DNA of 64,000 nt from Mobula hypostoma (lineage: Eukaryota). The notes under the pieces are model-generated. The model was given only the letters and a program-made list of their open reading frames with translations. It ran no database searches and had not been told where the DNA came from. Where the stretch lies: NCBI RefSeq assembly GCF_963921235.1, contig NC_086108.1, forward strand, positions 36,706,001 to 36,770,000, read 5' to 3'. Made by a program: the position numbers and the translations under genes. Within the stretch, counting starts at the first letter, position 1. Each line of letters opens with the position of its first letter. Positions 25,166 to 36,595 of the stretch are shown here, piece after piece.

Positions 25166-25949
25166 GAAGACCAAAGCATATTTAGAATGACGGTATCAAA
25201 AATGAGAGATTATACCCCTCAGGAAAACTTGGAAGAAATCTTTTGATTCTGAAATGATTTGAGAGTGAAGTGTAGAGAAAGTCTGGAGAATACATTGTGG
25301 TGCAAAATATGAGCTGTCCATTAGTTCATCAAGGAATTTATGCAAAGAGAAGTCAAATTGTGGAACCTGCTATTATAAGAAATGATGGAGTTGAATTGCA
25401 TAGATACACTTAAAAGATAAGTTGAGAGAAATTGAAGGTTATGCCAATAGAGAAGTTAAAAACTGATTAACAGAGGCTTGTGTGATCAATTTGGCTGAAA
25501 GGCTCATCTCACAGATGTCTGTTCCTTACATTTATATAATTAGTTTGCTCTCTTCTAGTACAATTAGTTCAAATGCAACCATTTCCAGTATTAATTCAAT
25601 TATACATTAATGAATATTTGCCATCACTCTTTCCCTTCAGTGTCTGTTCATGCTTAAAATAGAGTTTTATTTCCATCTGTGTTCTTGATGTGGTTCTGTT
25701 TATCTGCTAATTGTCTTCCTCACAGGTGAGTCTGATAATGTTTTCCCGCGCTGTTACGCCTCTTCTTTTTAGGTAGGATGTAATTTAGTGAAATACGTCC
25801 ATTGGAATTTAATTCATGCATCATGAACACTGGTTAATAAAATTGAAAGTTACATTTGTTGGTTCTTAGAATTGAGCTGAATTGATGTGAGCTGAATGTT
25901 ACCACGCATTTAAAAGAGACTGGTGAATGATCAACAAAAAAGAAATTAT

Positions 25950-26372
25950 TTGGATTTATATAATACTTATTACTTTGCTTTCATGGCAAGTAAATTAACT
26001 ACAATTCATAAAATTCTTTTGAAGTGTAGCTACTGTTATAACCTGGGAAACACAGGAGCCAATATAGACACAGCAAGTCCCCATTGACAGCAATGTGATA
26101 ATTACCAGATAATCAGATTTAGACATGTTAATTAAGGGATAAATATTAGGCACAATAAAGGAAGAACTCTCCCAGCTCTTTATCAGAGTAATGCCATTAG
26201 ATCTTTAGAACCACTTTGAAGAATAAGCAGGGTATTAATTTAATATTTTTTCTGAAAGAGAGTATCTCTATCAGTTCTTAATGGTCACCCCGGTCTTTGT
26301 GATCAGGTGGGATTTGAACCGCTGGCACTTTGGCTGAAAAGAATGACATTTGATGATGAGCCACAGCCGACT
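25950..26372 (-). mobile_element. DeuSINE (SacSINE1/AmnSINE1-related), ancient
   Basis: CTTTTGAAGTGTAG..CAGCAATGTGATAATTACCAGATAATC..GGGATAAATATT..GAACTCTCCCAGCTCTT resembles the reverse Deu domain; tRNA-like head on the minus strand (GCTGTGGCTCA..GGTTCAAATCCCAC). Confidence 0.75.
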
Positions 26373-26809
26373 GGACAGAATCCTCTGCAGGTTAAACTGC
26401 CTCTGTGAAGTTGAAGATTCAGTGTATTCCAAGTTGGTCAAAAGGTAAGGAATTCCACAGAGTTGAAAGGAATACAGTATATAAGGTGTTCAGAAAAATG
26501 ATTGATAGGTTTCTGGCTACTGAGGGAATCAAGGGAAATGGGAATAGGGCAGGGAAATGATATAGAGGTAGAAGATTATTTATGATGATTTTGAACAAGA
26601 CCTAATAGCCTGAGTCTGCTCCTACTTGCGACATTTTTCGCTATGCCACTGAATAATGAAATGGGATTAAAAGAAAAGTAAGCTGAAGCTGTGCTACGTT
26701 CATAACTTGCCTAAAAACATCTGGTCAAGATGACTCATGCGTACAACACTCTTTTGGTTGTCGTCTTTGGGATAGATCATGAAACATATATCCTTCTGTC
26801 TCTATCTCT

Positions 26810-28760
26810 GGAGACAGCTTATCTACTGATGTCTATTATAAGCCTACGGACTCTCACAGCTATCTGAACTATTCCTCTTCTCGCCCTGTCTCTTGCAAAA
26901 ATGCCATCCCCTTCTCGCAATTCCTCCATCTCTGCCGCATCTGCTCTCAGGATGAAGCTTTTCATTCCAGGATGAGGGAGATGTCCTCTTTTTTTAAAGA
27001 AAGGGGCTTCCCTTCCTCCACTATCAACTCTGCTCTCAAACACATACCTTTCATTTCACGCACATCTGCTCTCACCCCATCCTCCCTCCACCCCACTAGG
27101 TATAGGGTTCCCCTTGTCCTCACCTACCACCCTACCAGCCTCCGGGTCCAACATATAATCCTCCATAACTTCCGCCACCTCCAACAGGATCCCACCACTA
27201 AGCACATCTTTCCCTCACCGCCCCCCCCCCCCGCTTTCCGCAGGGATCGCTCCCTACGCGACTCCCTCGTCCATTCGTCCCCCCATTCCTCCCCACCGAT
27301 CTCCCTCCTGGCACTTATCCTTGTAAGCGGAACAAGTGCTACACATGCCCTTACACTTTCTCCCTCACCACCATTCAGGGCCCCAGACAGTCCTTCCAGG
27401 TGAGGCGACACTTCACCTGTGAGTCGGCTGGGGTGATATTCTGTGTCCGGTGCTCCTCATGTGGCCTTCTATATATTGGCGAGACCTGACGCAGACTGGG
27501 AGACCATTTTACTGAACACCTATGCTCTGTCCGCCAGAGAAAGCAGGATCTCCCAGTGGCCACACATTTTAATTCCACGTCCCATTCCCATTCTGATATG
27601 TCTATCCACGGCCTCCTCTGCAGTCAAGATGAAGCCACACTCAGGTTGGAGGAACAACACCTTATATTCCGTCTGGGTAGCCTCCAACCTGATGGCATGA
27701 ACATTGACTTCTCAAACTTCCGCTAATGCCCCACCTCCCCCTCGTACCCCATCTGTTATTCATTTATATACACACATTCTTTTTCTCTCTCTCTCCTTTT
27801 TCTCCCTCTGTCCCTCTCGCAATACCCCATTGCCCATTTTCTGGGCTTCCCTCCCTCCCCCTTTTCTTTCTCCCTCGGCCTTCTGTCCCATGATCCTCTC
27901 ATACATCAGTGGTGCGCAAGTGGAACAGGTCAAAAGCTTTAAGTTCCTCAGGATCAATATCACAAATTGAATACGTTAATTGAATACCTTGCGTAGAACG
28001 TTAAGTTCGTCAGGAAGAGAAGCGCCACAGTCATTGATATTCCCAGCCTTTTCTATGTGCCCAGTGATCTCATTTAGACCCTGCCATAGTCTACTGGCAT
28101 CCCTCTGGTTAGCCTAGGCTTCCACCTTGGCTCGATATTGCCTCTTGGCGCCCTTGATAGCTTTCCGGAGTTCACACCTGGATTCCGCGTAGCGACTGGT
28201 ATCCCCGGACTTAAAAGCCGCAGCTTGGGAACAGCTTCTTTGCAACTGTGATAAGACTGCTGAACAGATCCTGACCTGGATCTGGGCCATACCCTCCAAA
28301 TATCCGGACCTGCCTCTTGGTTTTTTTGCACGACCTCACTTTCCATTTTTCTATTTTCTATTATGATTTTTAATTTAAATTTTTAATATTTACTAATTTT
28401 TACATTTTTAATATTTAATATTTGTAATCCAGGGAGTGGGAAGCGCAGAATCAAATATCGCTGTGATGATTGTACGTTCTAGTATCAATTGTTGGGCAAC
28501 AATAAAGTATAAAGTATAACTATAAAGTATAAAGTATCCCTTTTGCCAATCACCTGTACAGCTCTTAGCTCCATCCCTCCCCCTCCTGTCTTCTCCTATC
28601 ATTTTGGATCTCCCCCTCCCCCTCCCACTTTCAAATCTCTTACTATCTCTTCTTTCAGTTAGTCCTGACGAAGGGTCTCGGCCCGAAATGTGGACTGTAC
28701 CTCGTCCTAGAGATGTTGCCTGGCCTGCTGCGTTCACCAGCAACTTTTATGTGTGTTGCT
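26810..28760 (+). mobile_element. Penelope-like element (Neptune-type): RT thumb, Cys-rich linker, GIY-YIG endonuclease, 3' repeat; split by insertion 27904-28536
   Basis: LSTDVYYKPTDSHSYLNYSS..KNAIPFSQFL..FFKERGFP; GTYPCKRNKCYTC; VIFCVRCSSCGLLYIGET*RRL..EH..HF..LEEQHLIFRLGSLQPDGMNIDF. 3' UTR resumes at 28537 as in the intact copy at 49280-49310. Confidence 0.93.
27904..28536 (+). mobile_element. Rearranged Rex1-like insertion (+/-/+ segments)
   Basis: + ISGAQVEQVKSFKFL (27904-27968); - AAAFKSGDTSRYAESRCELRKAIKGAKRQY (~27985-28223); + LGNSFFATVIRLLN then AATAAA and (TAAAGTA)n tail. Confidence 0.8.
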
Positions 28761-28799
28761 TTCACTTCTTTCACCTCCTTTATGTTTGTTTTCCACCTT

Positions 28800-29357
28800 G
28801 GATGTGATTCTGGAACTGTTGGAGTCTATGATTTGCTGTTTGGGGATTCGTTTGGGTGTTCCAGTGCTCTGCAGTCTCCGAGAGGATTCTGGGAAGTGGA
28901 AGCAGTGTGCGCAGACAGGCCAATATTCAACTCTATTTTGTCGATTAAAGCTTCCATTAAGGTAACGAAGGAGAGTGGAACATCGAGGCAAATGCAGAAA
29001 TTTGGAGCCCATTTGGTTGCTTCAGTGGTCTGCAGTCTCCGAGAGGACTCCGGGAGACAGGCAGCGTATGCGAACCTCAAGGCGGGCAGGCTGAGGATGG
29101 TGCATGGATCGATGTTTGCCTCTATTTCGCTGATTAAAGCTTCTATTTTTCATTGATTATAGTGATGAGGGAGATAGAACCATCAAGGCGAATGCGGAAG
29201 ATGAGCACGGCTGCCTGCCTTTTGACTGCTACACTACCGGTGCCACTGTGCCTTGAGAATGTTGCACAAGTTTTCTGCGTTTTGGATATGGACTTGAACT
29301 ATAGACTTTTCTTGGTCTTGTAGTTTTTTGTATTCTGAGTTTTTTACCTGATCTTTC

Positions 29358-29408
<51 letters not shown>

Positions 29409-29651
29409 GTGTGTGGGGGGGTGTGATTTGGGGACCAATGTGCCTGTTCCATTTTGTTTGTTCTTTTTTGTGCGGAATGAGGGATTTGGGGGTTGATGTG
29501 CCTGTTCCATTTTTGCTCATTTTTTGTGCAGTGAAAAGGGGCTTGGGGGTTGATGATTGTCCTGTCTTTCCTTTCTTTTCTTCATTGGTTTCATGGCTAC
29601 TCAGAGAAGAATTTCAGAGCTGTATGCATTGATAATACATGAACCTTTGAA
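28800..29651 (+). mobile_element. Non-LTR retroposon 3' UTR-like sequence with internal duplication
   Basis: Repeated CTGCAGTCTCCGAGAGGA block (28869, 29030); ends TGAACCTTTGAA. Confidence 0.55.
29359..29406. repeat. (TG)n microsatellite
   Basis: Direct reading. Confidence 0.98.
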
Positions 29652-31959
29652 AGTTGACTGAATTAGCTACTGGTATGATGACAGCAAAAATGAGAAGAGC
29701 TAATCAGTGACATCTTGAGATTTTTTTCAGGTTGACTAGTAATATCTAGTTAGTGATTTGTGGGTATGCTATGCTGATGTTGGAAGCATGTGAGCTGTCC
29801 CCAGTACAATTCTCAGATTCCACTGGTTGTTGACACAAAATGATGCATTTCACTATGTTTTGATGTATGTGTGATGAATAAAGCTAATATTTATCTTTAT
29901 CTTAGCTTCCATAAGATATGAACAGAACATTCCTGCAAGTCAATTCATTGTGAAGTGTTTCTGATGTCACATGTGCACATGTCCTTGACATTGCTGCCAA
30001 ATAAAAAAATAATCATTTAAAAATGTTAAGGTTTATTGTAAAGGGAAGTGATCAAGGCTGAAGCTTTTGCAAAATTCTAGTCTGGCAGTTTGTATGTTCG
30101 ATCACGGAAAGAAAGTATATATCCCCGAACATCTTGAATCCATATCACGGAGGACAGGGGTTGTAGCTTTGTCATGAAGACAGACAGTAAGAATCCCCTG
30201 AGAAGTGAATGTTAGCACCTCCTCCTTTTAAAGATGTGCAGCAACTTCCTTGCACTGGGTGCTTGGGGATTTACTTCTGTTGAGCCAGCTCCTTAAAAGC
30301 CGTGGGATCTCTGAAGTTTATGTAGGGAAGTCGATTCTCTGGTGTTGAGATTGTGCATAAAGCTTTGTAAAAATGTTGGTGACACTGAGCCAGCAACCTC
30401 TTGAACAACAAAGTGTGGAAGGTATGTGTATTTGTAGACTCAATAGTATGGCATAACATGAACAAAGTTCATATTCTTTAGATAATTACTGCAGGTGACA
30501 ACTCTGTTCTTATGATAGAGGTCTTGGAATTGCAATGTGGATTAAAACTTTAATTGGACAAATTGGGAACTTTCCTAAATTTCTACTGAATGCTCCTCAT
30601 AATAAGTCTGCCAGAATTCTACGGATCCTGCTATTACCATGTGGATGATTAAAATGAAGGCTCTGTTTAATATTTATTGCAAGCCTTGAAGAGTTGAACA
30701 TGAAAATAGGACAGGCATCCATGAATTAAAGGAGCAGGTGCAGATTAAAAACAACAGATGAGAAGCACAGCTGCAAGAATTATCCTTTTTATTCCTGTGG
30801 CATGAAAAGAGTACTTCTACTGTTGTCATTGCATCACGTTTAACTCTTCGAGTGGTAGATAAAGCTGTGATGGATATTCACTGTCCAGGGCTAGGGGGAC
30901 TACTTTTTTTGTCAAGCTCAGCTTACTAATATAGCAGTTGAAATGTCTAGAGATCAAAGGATTGTTTCTGAGTGAGATACACTTCTAATCAATATTCTTT
31001 GTTCAGCTTGTTGTTGTAAATGGGAGCCAGTCTTCAGTTCTTAATGTAAATGGTAAGCAATAATCTGTCTTAAATTAAAAGAACAGCTTTGCAAACAAAC
31101 GCATTGTCTATAGAGCAGATCGCTGGTTCACTCCTCTTGGGTCAGTTCTCAAGAGTCACAGCGTAAGACAATGGAATTATTTAATTGGACTTGTTTTAAA
31201 CCAGACAATGTGGCTAAATTATTTAATTCAAGGAAACTTGCGGATCAGATTGATACTGTCAGTTAGCACATCGAATAGCTGATTTGCTAATATTTGGAAG
31301 GTTTGTCTGCTCAAAGAGTCAGCTACATGAGATTAATTGTGGGAATCTGAGAACTCTGTCTCCAGAAGCTATTAGACTTTGTGTAAAAAGGTATCTGAAA
31401 AATATCATATATGTGTGAAGTCCCTCAAGTGGCAGAAAAACTGTAATTGTAGAGTTGTCAGGCTTATTAGGGATGGTCACGGACGTCAAGAAGAATGACA
31501 GAAATATGGAGGATTAGAATCCATTCCTCTGCCTTTGAATTATGTGATAGATTACTTGTTCACCTCTGACTTTTTGGTATGTCTTTTTAGCTTATAGAAA
31601 TTATATGTGTGTTTTTTGGAAATCCTTTGTGTTTCAGAAATTGTTTTTTATTTGGACATCTTTTTCCAAAACTGTCAGTTTTAAATGTGTTTTAGGAGTT
31701 TTGTCTGGATTAAAACATGTATCACTAAAAATAAATGAACTATGTTTAAACTACTTTGTTAGCTGGAAGTATCTCACCATTTAAATATTTGGTATTGGCA
31801 GCTAAACTCGCCATGGAGGATAAGAAGGGAAGAGAAAAAGCTTTTGAAGCCTATGTGATGGTACCCGTCCCTATCTACGTATATCGGATAGAGCTTAAGG
31901 TCTTTGAGTTTAGAGCTTCGCAGATGTCAAACCCAATACAATCACAAAGGATTCCTCCA

Positions 31960-32720
31960 GAGATTCACTAGTACACAAATTGTCAACTGGGCTGCAGACT
32001 GCCAATTAGTTGATACGTTAATTAGCTCCATCGTGTGCACAATCTTTTCCTCCCTCGAGGACATTTTCATGAAAATCATTAAGAACCCTCACCATTTGGA
32101 ATGCCACACACAAAATGCTAGAGAAACTCGGCAAGTCAGGAAGTATCCATGCAGGGAAATAAAACAGGTGACATTTTTGGCTGAGACCCATCACCATGAA
32201 TCATCATCTCGTACTACTCCAGATTTCCAGCATCTGCATTCTCTCTTGTGTTACTATCTGGGACATGTTCTCGTTACTAACATCAGGGAAGATGCACAGG
32301 AGCCTGAAGATTCACATTCAATGATTTAAGAACAGTTTCTGCCCCTCTGTCATCAGGTTTCTGAATAGTTCATGAACATGTGAACACTACTTTGTTATTT
32401 CATTTTTTTTGTTGTTGTTCCTTTTTGTTCCTTGTGGCCCATCGGTGGCAGATTTTTGCTGTTTCCTGAGCATTTGTCTGTCTTTACAAGGCCAAGTTGC
32501 TAGCTCGATGCTCAACCCAACATGGATGGAAGTGTGAAAGGAGCCAGCCAGATTCGAACACAGGGCCATTCACCTTGAATTCTGGTGCTGATGCCGCTAC
32601 ACCACCAGCTGACAATATACCTTTTCTTAACTATTTATTTATTTTAATAATTTATTGATTTGTATATCTTTCCACTGTACTGCTGCCACAAAATACATTT
32701 CCCGTCTATGTCAGTGAGAA
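31960..32720 (+). mobile_element. Old Rex1-like 3' fragment carrying a nested Penelope mini-insert (32105-32252) and a SINE (32432-32612)
   Basis: IIKNPHH | SGKMHRSLK..KNSF..SVIRFLN split by PLE terminal-repeat sequence. Confidence 0.65.
32432..32612 (-). mobile_element. tRNA-derived SINE (same family as 43992-44190 and 60694-60857)
   Basis: Shared body GGGTTGAGCATCGAGCTAGCAACTTGGCC on the minus strand; B-box GTTCGAATC. Confidence 0.75.
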
Positions 32721-33024
32721 GGCAAATCTCCTTCCTTGAAAGATCTTCACCAAACCGTTTGGATTTTTAACAGTCCAATAACATTATTACCACATTTATT
32801 GGAATTTTAATTTTCTTTGATGATTTTTAATGCTGGATGGGAATTTATTTTATATTCATGCTTGGTATATGACTATTAATTTTTAAAATCTGTTCTGTAC
32901 TAAAAGGGCTGTGGAAGCTCAGTTGATCAGCTTATTGAAGACAGATTTTTAAAAAAAATACTTTACAAATCTATCTTTGTCAACTTGGCAATAAGTCACA
33001 CTTCTTCAAAAAGCAGGCACAATG

Positions 33025-33699
33025 TTTAGATTAGATTATAAGAACACTCAGTCCTCTTTTATTGTCATTTAGAAATGCATACATGCATTAAGAAATGATA
33101 CAATGTTCCTCCAGAGCGATATCACAAAAAAACAGGACAAACCAAAGACTAGCACTGACAGAACCACATAATTATAACATATAGTTACAGCAGCGCAAAG
33201 CAATACCATAATTTGATAAAGAACAGACCATGGGCACGGTAAAAAAAAGTTTCAAGTCCCGATCGACCCCCGAGTCCCCGATAGCAGGTGGCAAAAGGGA
33301 GAAACTCCCTGCCATAAACCTCCGGGCACCGACAACTTGCCAATGCATGGGAAGCACCTGACCACAGCCAACACTGAGTCCGTCCATCCGAAAACTTTGA
33401 GCCTCCGACTAGCCCCTCCAATACAGCCTCCTGAATGCCATCCTCTACCGAGCGCCTTCGACCTAGCCCCAGCTGCCGAAACAAGCAAAGCCGAGGATTC
33501 GGGGCCTTCTGCTCCGGAGATTCCAGTTACCACACAGTAGCAGCGGCAGCGAAGCGGGCATTTCAGAATTTTCTCCAGATGTTCCTCCGTACTCTCACGT
33601 CTGTCTCCATCAAATCAGAATTGTGCACGGTACCCTACTTGACAGATTACAGATATCATTCACCGGAGAGGCCACGCGCACTGTGACACGCCGCCATCT
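33025..33699 (-). mobile_element. Non-autonomous retroposon, about 675 bp
   Basis: 5' end AGATGGCGGCG; CpG-rich body; AATAAA then (TCTAA)n tail; no RT coding sequence. Confidence 0.7.
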
Positions 33700-34149
33700 G
33701 CACCTCCTTGAGTACATTGAGTACATTATCAGAAAACCTCCTATCTTCAAAGCAGTGCATCATTTAGAGGGTTCTTCTGGAAAGCCTGGGGCCTGGGCTG
33801 TGAGTGTCATTAGCCTAGCCAGCAATTTTTACCATACGTGGGGTCACTGCTCTGACTGTGCCGTTAGGGTGGGGAGTTCAAGGACTTCATCACAGTGATG
33901 ATGAAAAAATACCAGGTCCCGTCACATTACTCAGCAGCACAATGGTGCATCTGCAATTGCTGCTATCTCTCTGCTCCAAGATCACACTTGACCTCCAGTG
34001 CAAACATGTGGAATTTGCTCATTCTGCCTTTGTCTGTCTGGATTTCCTTCAGGAGCTTCAGATTCCTCACGTATCCCAAAGGTAGGTTTATTGGCCACTG
34101 TACTTTTTACTCAGTGCAGGTGGATGGTAGAAGAATCATGGGGAGGTGA

Positions 34150-34666
34150 TAGATACAGAACATACAACATAGATCAGTACCACACAGCAGAAGGCCCTTC
34201 AGCCCATGATGTTATGCTAAACTAATTTAATTAGTAATTGAATGCCCAACTAAGTTAATCATTTCTGCCCACACAGTGGCCATTTCATAGAACAAGACCA
34301 GTACTGCACAGTACAGCACCTTTGGCCCATGATGTCTAGCTAGAGTTTTATAGAGCTGCAAGATTGCCTCACATCTCTTGAACTCAATTCCCAACAAACC
34401 AAGGTCAACACCCCATATAACTTCTGAACCGACCTGTTAACTTGCACTGCAACCTTAAAGAATCTATGGATTTGCATCCTCAACTCTGAGACGCCTATAG
34501 ATGTGTACTCCCAGATCTCTCTCATTCTCCACACTGCTAAGAGTCCTGGCACTAACTTTGTACTCTGTGATCGTTCGGCCTTCCAAAGTGTATCACTTCA
34601 TATGTTTCCGGACTGAGCTCCGTCTCCCACTTCTCAGCCCAGCTGTGCATCCTGTCAATGTCCCAT
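34150..34666 (-). mobile_element. CR1 3' fragments, continuing at 36295-36345 after the Rex insertion
   Basis: DIDRMHSWAEKW on the minus strand; FADGTKVIGVVDSV at 36295-36345. Confidence 0.75.
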
Positions 34667-34679
34667 TAAGGAACAGACT

Positions 34680-36290
34680 ACCTACGCACAAAAAATTCAG
34701 GAACACCAGTCTGATAACAATCCCCAGTGTATGTGGCTGGGCATCAAAAGCATTACTGACTACACAAGGGAAAATCATGTTGAATATAGTCAAGAAGCCT
34801 CCCTCCCTGGTGCTCTAATAGACTTATATGCGCACTTCGAGGCATGCAACACAACACTGGCCACGAAAGTTACCCCTCCTCCCAGATGAACAGCCACCCT
34901 CTGTAACAGCAGCAGATGTGAGAAGGACTTTGTAGAAGGTCAACTGCCGTAAGGCCAGACAAAATCCCAGACTGAGTACCCAGGGAGTGTTCACAGTAGC
35001 TCACTGACATCTTCAGCACTCTATTCATTCAGACTGCTGTCCCCATATGCTTTGAATCAGCACCCATCATCCCTGTATGAAAGCTCCAGGAAGTGTTTTG
35101 AATAGTTGATAATGGCACATATCAAAAACTCCATTCCTGCCATATTGGCCACTCACTAATCTGCTTATTGACAGAACCGCTCTATGACAGATGCCACAGC
35201 ATCTGTCTTGCACCTGGCCCTGGCACACCTGGAAAACAAGGACTTGTATGTCAGAATGCTATTTCTAGTTTTCAGTTCAGCGTTCAGTGGTATTGTCCCA
35301 CAAACCTTGGTGAACGAAGTCCTACTCCTCGGTCTAAATCTATCACTGTGCACTGGGTGTTGGACTTCCTAATGAACAGACCTCAGATAGTCAGGATGCA
35401 CAACTGCTCCTCCTGCACATCGCTGTTAACGCGGGTGCTCCCCAGGGCAGTGTGCTGAGCCTGTTGCTGTACACTCTGCTCACACGTGACTGCACGGCCA
35501 AACACCCCAGCAATCACATTGTCAGTTTTGCTCCTGACATGACGGTGGTGGGGTTCATCACCCACAAAGATGAGGTTGCCTACAGAGAGAAGGTGAAAGA
35601 GCTCGAGGTCTGGTGCCAGGCAAATAACCTCTCCCTTAATATCGACAAAACAAAGGAGATGGTTATCGACTTCAGGAGAACTCGCACCACTTTACATTGC
35701 CTGCACAGCAATGGAAATGGCAAGCAGTTTCAAACTCCTGGGAGTGTACATCACACAATCTCTCATGGTCTCAGAACAGTCAGGAAAACTCATGAACACC
35801 TCTACTTTCTGAGGAGGCATGAAGAGAGCTGGACGTTGCACATCCATGCTTGCATCAGTCTACAGGTGCATTACTGCTCGGTATGGAAACTTTACTGCAG
35901 CAGACAGGAAGGCTCTACAGTAGGCAGTCAAACTGCCCAATACACCACTGGCACCAGCCTATTCACCATCACGGTCACATATAGAGAAAGGTGCTGGAAA
36001 AGGGCTAGTAACATCATAAAGGATTCTACACACCTTGCTCATGCACTGTTTGTCCTCCTCCCAACAGGGAGCAGGCTACGTAACATCCACACCAGGACCA
36101 TCAGACTCAAACACGGTAACTTTCCCCAAGCAGCAAGACTGATCACCACCTCTACCCACCAACTCCACCACTGCTCTATTATTTCCCATCAATCACCTTA
36201 TGTATAGCTAGCATCACTTTATGGACATACAATCAGTTTTGTTGTCCTTACACTTGTGTACAGGAAATGGCATTAAACAATCTTGAATTC
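34680..36290 (+). mobile_element. Rex1/Babar-like LINE RT region, decayed
   Basis: [80 protein letters not shown]; tail TCTTGAAT. Confidence 0.9.
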
Positions 36291-36595
36291 TAAATCTACA
36301 CTATCCACAACACCAATAACCTTCGTGCCATCTGCAAACTTCCACTTCCTCACCTGAGCCAGGCTCTGTTGTGGTCAACTGCAGACTTGGCGGCACTCAA
36401 GGACTCAGGGCCTCAAGCCGTGGGATCGCCTGTTTTACAGCTGCCGGGAGAAAGGCGTCCGAGTTGATGTTCTCTACCAGGGGCACTATAGTGCAGCATC
36501 CAGCTGGAGTCAATAGTGCCTCCCTAGTGTTTGCTCAGCAGAAGACAGGCTCTATTGTGGTTGACTGAAGATTTCAATGGTCTGAAGGGTTTGGA

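Noticed and set aside
30234..30421. Possible exon bounded by CCTCCTTTTAAAG and AAG|GTATGT
   Set aside because: Stops in all three frames and no recognisable product; cannot be supported without RNA data.
35452..36207. Longest ORF (251 aa) as a host gene
   Set aside because: It is a frameshifted Rex1-like RT C-terminus; such sequence is often misannotated as a host gene.
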